64,000 bases of DNA. Origin: the human T2T-CHM13v2.0 reference genome, Homo sapiens. The stretch lies in the NCBI RefSeq assembly GCF_009914755.1, contig NC_060938.1; one strand, 5' to 3'. Under the pieces are notes generated by a model. The model did no database searches. It worked only from the letters and a program-made list of their open reading frames with translations, and was not told the origin of the DNA. The position numbers were made by a program, and so were the translations under genes. This document shows positions 59,701 to 64,000 of the stretch, piece after piece; position 1 is the stretch's first letter; every line of letters starts with the position of its first letter.

Positions 59701-60065
59701 CAAGTGGGGTTTATCCCTAGGATATAAGGATAGTTCAAGAGACTGGGATAGGTAGTGGGGTCTTGGGGGTGGAGGCAGGTAGAGATGGTTAATGTGTACA
59801 AAACACATAGAAAGAATGAATAAGACCTAGAATTTGTGAGAAAAACAGGGTGACTATAGTCAATAATAATTTAATTGTACATTTTAAAATGACTAGAAGA
59901 GTACAATTGGATTGTTTGCAATGCAAAAGAAAACCACTTGAGGGGATGGATACCCTACTTTTTGTGACGTGATTATCACCACATTGTATGCCTGTATCAT
60001 AATATCTCATGTACCCTATAACTATATACACCTACTATGTATCCATAAAAATTAAATATTAAAGC
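53741..60065 (+). mobile_element. 5'-complete L1MA2/3-like element with ~1.95-kb 5' UTR, a nested L1PA and a large ORF2 deletion
   Basis: Starts GGCAGAGCAAGATGGCAGAATAG; ORF1 ~55700-56660; ORF2 ATG at 57139; L1MA-type 3' UTR; degenerate TSD AAAAAGCAGTATTCTAG/AAAACCCAGCATTCTGG (13/17 match). Confidence 0.85.
58770..59632. mobile_element. Nested 5'-inverted L1PA7/8-like insertion: inverted ORF2 part 58770-59553 (-), forward 3' end and tail 59557-59632 (+)
   Basis: The minus segment corresponds to 50322-51094 of the neighbouring L1 and the forward piece to 51942-52005. Confidence 0.88.
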
Positions 60066-60520
60066 AAAACCCAGCATTCTGGATTCCAAATAAAAATACC
60101 AATCATAAAGTCAGAGTAACTGAGATTTTGCATTTTTTACTCACCTCCTCTGTTTCAAACACATCGTAGTGATTAATGAAATATAATGATTTTAAAATAG
60201 CCAAGCTCAAAAACAATATACACATATCTGTGGGACAGAAATTGAATCTCTGTGGGGCAAAGCCCTGAGCACAAAATGAAGCAGAGGCTCACTTGCTCCC
60301 AATTCAGAGACAGGCGTTAGTGACTGGGAGCTAACTACCATAAAAAATGAAAACAGTATTACCAGATGAATTAAACTCTGACACATAAATCATTAATAGG
60401 AGCACAAATAAGCAGTACAATAAGAGGAAAACTTCATTAATAACAGACAATAATCATGAACATACATGTACCTAATAGCCTAGCCTCAATATATCACAAG
60501 AAAAACCTGAAAGAATTATA

Positions 60521-60837
60521 CAGTCATCTCCCATTATCTGTGGAGGATATAATCCAAGACCCTCGGTGGATGCCTGAAACCCCAGATAGTATCGAACCCT
60601 ATAAATACTGTTTTTTCCTATAAGTACATACTTACAATAAAGTTTAATTTATAAATTAGGCACAGTAAGACATCAACAATAACTAATAATAAAATAGAAC
60701 AATTGTAACAATATGCTGTAATAAAAGTTATGTCAATGTGGACTCTCTCTCAAAATACCTTATTATATTATATTTACCTATTTTTTGACCATGGCTGACC
60801 ACCAGTAACTGAAAGTGTCTATTAGAGGGAAACACTG
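60521..60837. mobile_element. MER44A (Tigger7-derived MITE)
   Basis: CAGT..ACTG termini flanked by TA on both sides; GTGGATGCCTGAAACC..AAATTAGGCACAGTAAGA. Confidence 0.85.
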
Positions 60838-61591
60838 TATGCAGAAACAGAAAGATCCACAATTATATTGAGAGATTTTAACATATCTATCAGAAACCAA
60901 TGAATGAAATATAAAAAAAAACCTAGAGAAGATTTGACCAAAAAATTAAAGTTTTATTTAGTAGATATAAAATTTTACAGAGAACAAATAGAAACCATAC
61001 ATTCTTTCACATATGAAAAATATAAAACATTTATAAAAGTTAACCATGAAATAAACTACAATGGCAGACTCAAAAAATTTTCAAACAATTATCAGCATGC
61101 ATATCTTATTCTCTGACATATAATTAGGAAGCAAAAAATTAAAACATATATTTATAAACTTTCAAATACATGAAATGTACACTGAATTTAAAGAGAAAAT
61201 GGTAATAAAATTATGAAACATTTAGAAGTGAATAATAATGACAGTGTTATATATCACTAATGGTATATGGCTAAAGGGATATCTAGAGGAAATTCTATAG
61301 CCTTAAATGCAATTACAGAAAAATGAAAGATTTTTTAAAATAAGTTATTTTAAATCTAATGAGCTATATAAGAAATAACAGACCAAAGCTAAGAATAAAA
61401 AACTGAGAAAAAGGAATAACGGAGAATAACAGAAATTAATGAAATAGAAAAGGCAACAACAGAGAGCAAAAAATCAAAAGCTGATTCTTTGAAAAGAGAT
61501 TCTAACAAAAAAGGGTTTATAAAAAGGGAGAAAGCTGACCTCTGCACCAAAAAACTGCTCCTTTTGTGGAAGCTGGGCCTACAAAAGAAAA

Positions 61592-61615
61592 AGAGAGAGA
61601 GAGAGAGAGAGAGAG
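61592..61615. repeat. (AG)12 microsatellite within a purine-rich tract
   Basis: Seen directly. Confidence 0.95.
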
Positions 61616-63357
61616 CAAGAAGGAAGGGACGGGAGAAAGAGAGAGAGAAATGCCCAAGTAAAAATATGGCAATGAAAAGGGGACATAATTAGAAATACAG
61701 TTTGGATTTGAAAAGCACAAGTGAAATCTATGAAGAAATTTATGCCAGTAAATTTGAACATGTATATAAACTAGATCCTTTTCTAGAATGTTTACTCAAG
61801 AGAAATTAGAAAACAAAGATATGGATGACTATTAAGGAACATAAACAGTCAGTGGAAAGACTAACAGACAATAAGACAGATAGTTCTACAAGTGTTCTAA
61901 ATCTGAAAGAAATAAATAACTTTTTATTATGCAAACTGTTTCAGATAACAGATAAAGAAGAAAGGCTAACTCAGCATGCTTTATGCAAGTAGCGTAGTTT
62001 AACCAAATCAGAGCAGGGAAATAAAAGCAAAAGAAAATTTTAGACCAATTATATGTATTATGATCATAGAAAAAATTCTAAATATATTAGCAAACCAAAT
62101 TTAGCAGATTATCATTTTAAATGCATCACAAAAAATAGAGTTTATCTCAGGAATTCGAAAGTGAGTCATAATCACCAAAGCTAGTAACCTAACACACAAT
62201 ATTAATGGATTATCAGAGAAAATAGTAGCATCTCACTGGATGCAGAAGTCCACTTACTAATATTCATCTGCTATTCATGAAAATATTCTTAACAAACAAG
62301 GAATTGAAGGAAACTTCAGTAACTTGATACAGGACACTGAAGAAACATATAGCAAACACTGTGCTTAATAAATAATATTTTAGAAATGTTCTTATTAAAA
62401 CAGCGTCAATACAAGCATATTCTTTATCATTTCTTATCAACAAAAATGAGAAACTATAATTGGAAAGTCATTAACAAAACTAACTCTATCTGAAGACAAT
62501 ATTATTATCTACATAGAAAATTCAAGAGAAACTATGGACGTCATATTAGAACTGTTCATATAGTTTAGCAAAGTTTTTGAATACAAGATGAAATCATCAA
62601 AACTATTAGCCTTCCCATATGCCAGTAACAATAAAATAGAAAGTATAATAGAAAAATACATCTTGTTCACTATAGCAGCAAAATATATAAGGTATCTAAA
62701 AATGACTTTAACAAAAGATGTAGAAGATCTTTATAAGAAGATATAAGGCAACATATAAGGGCACAAAAGAAGATGAAAATGGGAAGATATACTAACTATA
62801 CAGATGAGAAGACTCAACACTATTAACATGTCTATTCATTCCAAATTTATCTATATATTCAATAGACTATCATTGCCCTACAACCTAAGACTTATTAGAA
62901 GCAAAGAGGAAAAAGGCAGTATAGTATTCTTGCAAGGATAGACACACAGACAAATAACACAGAAGAGAAACTTCAGAAACAGACTCGCATGTAACACCAG
63001 ATACATGACAGAGGAGGAAATCCAAATGAGGAGAGAAATGAACAGTGCAGGGGAAATTGATTCTCCTTAAGGAAACGTCACATACAACTATGTTTCAAAA
63101 ACAATAAGATAAAATAAAACTAGTTTGTAAGAAATTATAAAAATAATTTTCATGAGAATTAAGGGCCTAAATGTAGGGGGAAAGAAAACCCTTAATAATG
63201 CCTTTTGAAGGCTATATAAGAATATATTCTTATGGCTTTGAGAAAGGAAAGAATTTCTTAAAAATCAGTGATAAAAAATGACAAATAATCAAGAAAACAA
63301 ATTTAAAATTTCATAAATATCTTTATCTCTTTAAAATTCAAAATCATAAAAATATCC

Positions 63358-64000
63358 ATTTTTCTATTGTAAATGGGATTGTGTTCTTAATTTGCCTCTC
63401 AGCTTGAATGATATTGATGTATTGAAATGCTACTGATTTTTGTACAATGATTTTGTATACTGAAACTTTTTTGCCCTTCCAATATTTACTGTAGATTCAA
63501 GTGATACATGTGGAGGTTTGTTACATAGCAAATTGTTTGTTGTGGGTGTTTGGCATACAGATAATTTTGTCACCCACATAATCAGCATAATGCCCAACGG
63601 GTAGTTTTTCAACTATCACCCTCCTCCCAACCTCTACCCTCAAATAGGCCCCAGTGTCTTTTGTTCCCTTCCTTTTGTCCATGTGTACTCGATATTTAGC
63701 TCCCACTTATAAGTGAGAACAACATGCAGTATTTGGTTTTCTGTTCCTGTGTTAATTCACTTAAATAATGACGTCCAACTCCATCCACGTGGCTGCAAAG
63801 GCCATGATCTCATTTTCTATAGCTATGTAGTATTCCATGATGTATATGCACCACATTTTCTTTATCCACATACTGAAACCTAACTGAAGTCATTTACCAG
63901 GTCTAGGAGAGTTTTAGTAGCACCTTTAGGGTTTTCTAGGTATGGAATCATATCATTACTGAAGAAAGATGGTTTGATTTATTTTCCTATTTGGATGCCT
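63358..64000 (-). mobile_element. L1PB/MA ORF2 fragment containing a nested L1PA15/16-like 3' end (63467-63869)
   Basis: The host continues across the insert; TSD ATACTGAAAC at 63457-63466 and 63870-63879. Confidence 0.85.

Larger units (their letters stand above)
60330..63350 (+). mobile_element. Very old L1M ORF2 relic
   Basis: Degenerate collinear ORF2 motifs (AGAGGAAATTCTATAGCCTTAAATGC; CATCTCACTGGATGCAGAA; GAAGACTCAACACTATTAACATGTC). Confidence 0.7.

Noticed and set aside
59730-59750. Spliced-L1 integrant as the cause of the ORF2 deletion
   Set aside because: As I recall the consensus, it continues CA rather than GT after the 5' breakpoint, so there is no donor site.

Overview
AT-rich, CpG-depleted primate (most likely human) non-coding DNA, roughly half transposon-derived. 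It contains three Alus, a complete THE1A-type MaLR provirus, solo LTRs (MER61, MLT1, MLT2, LTR16- and LTR33-like), hAT and Tigger MITEs, MIR/L2 relics and a 17-kb L1 cluster at 46.6-64 kb. No protein-coding gene or structural RNA gene is recognisable. The longer ORFs in the track are decayed L1 or THE1-internal frames, or chance ORFs. Nearly all large L1s lie on the + strand and the best splice and poly(A) signals lie on the - strand, which suggests the interior or 3' part of a minus-strand transcription unit, with a candidate terminal exon at ~17815-18051. I found no new biological system. The most interesting signals are structural: (1) an L1PA7-like element with an ~86-bp 3' transduction, supported by a split MIR and a target-site duplication (TSD); (2) two locally templated insertions flanking an AT-rich microsatellite; (3) a ~225-bp unique-sequence inverted duplication around a 2.3-kb spacer; (4) a 62-bp patchwork insertion inside an AluY; (5) a 5'-inverted L1 nested in an internally deleted L1MA. 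Repeat subfamily names come from remembered consensus sequences and need RepeatMasker/Dfam confirmation.
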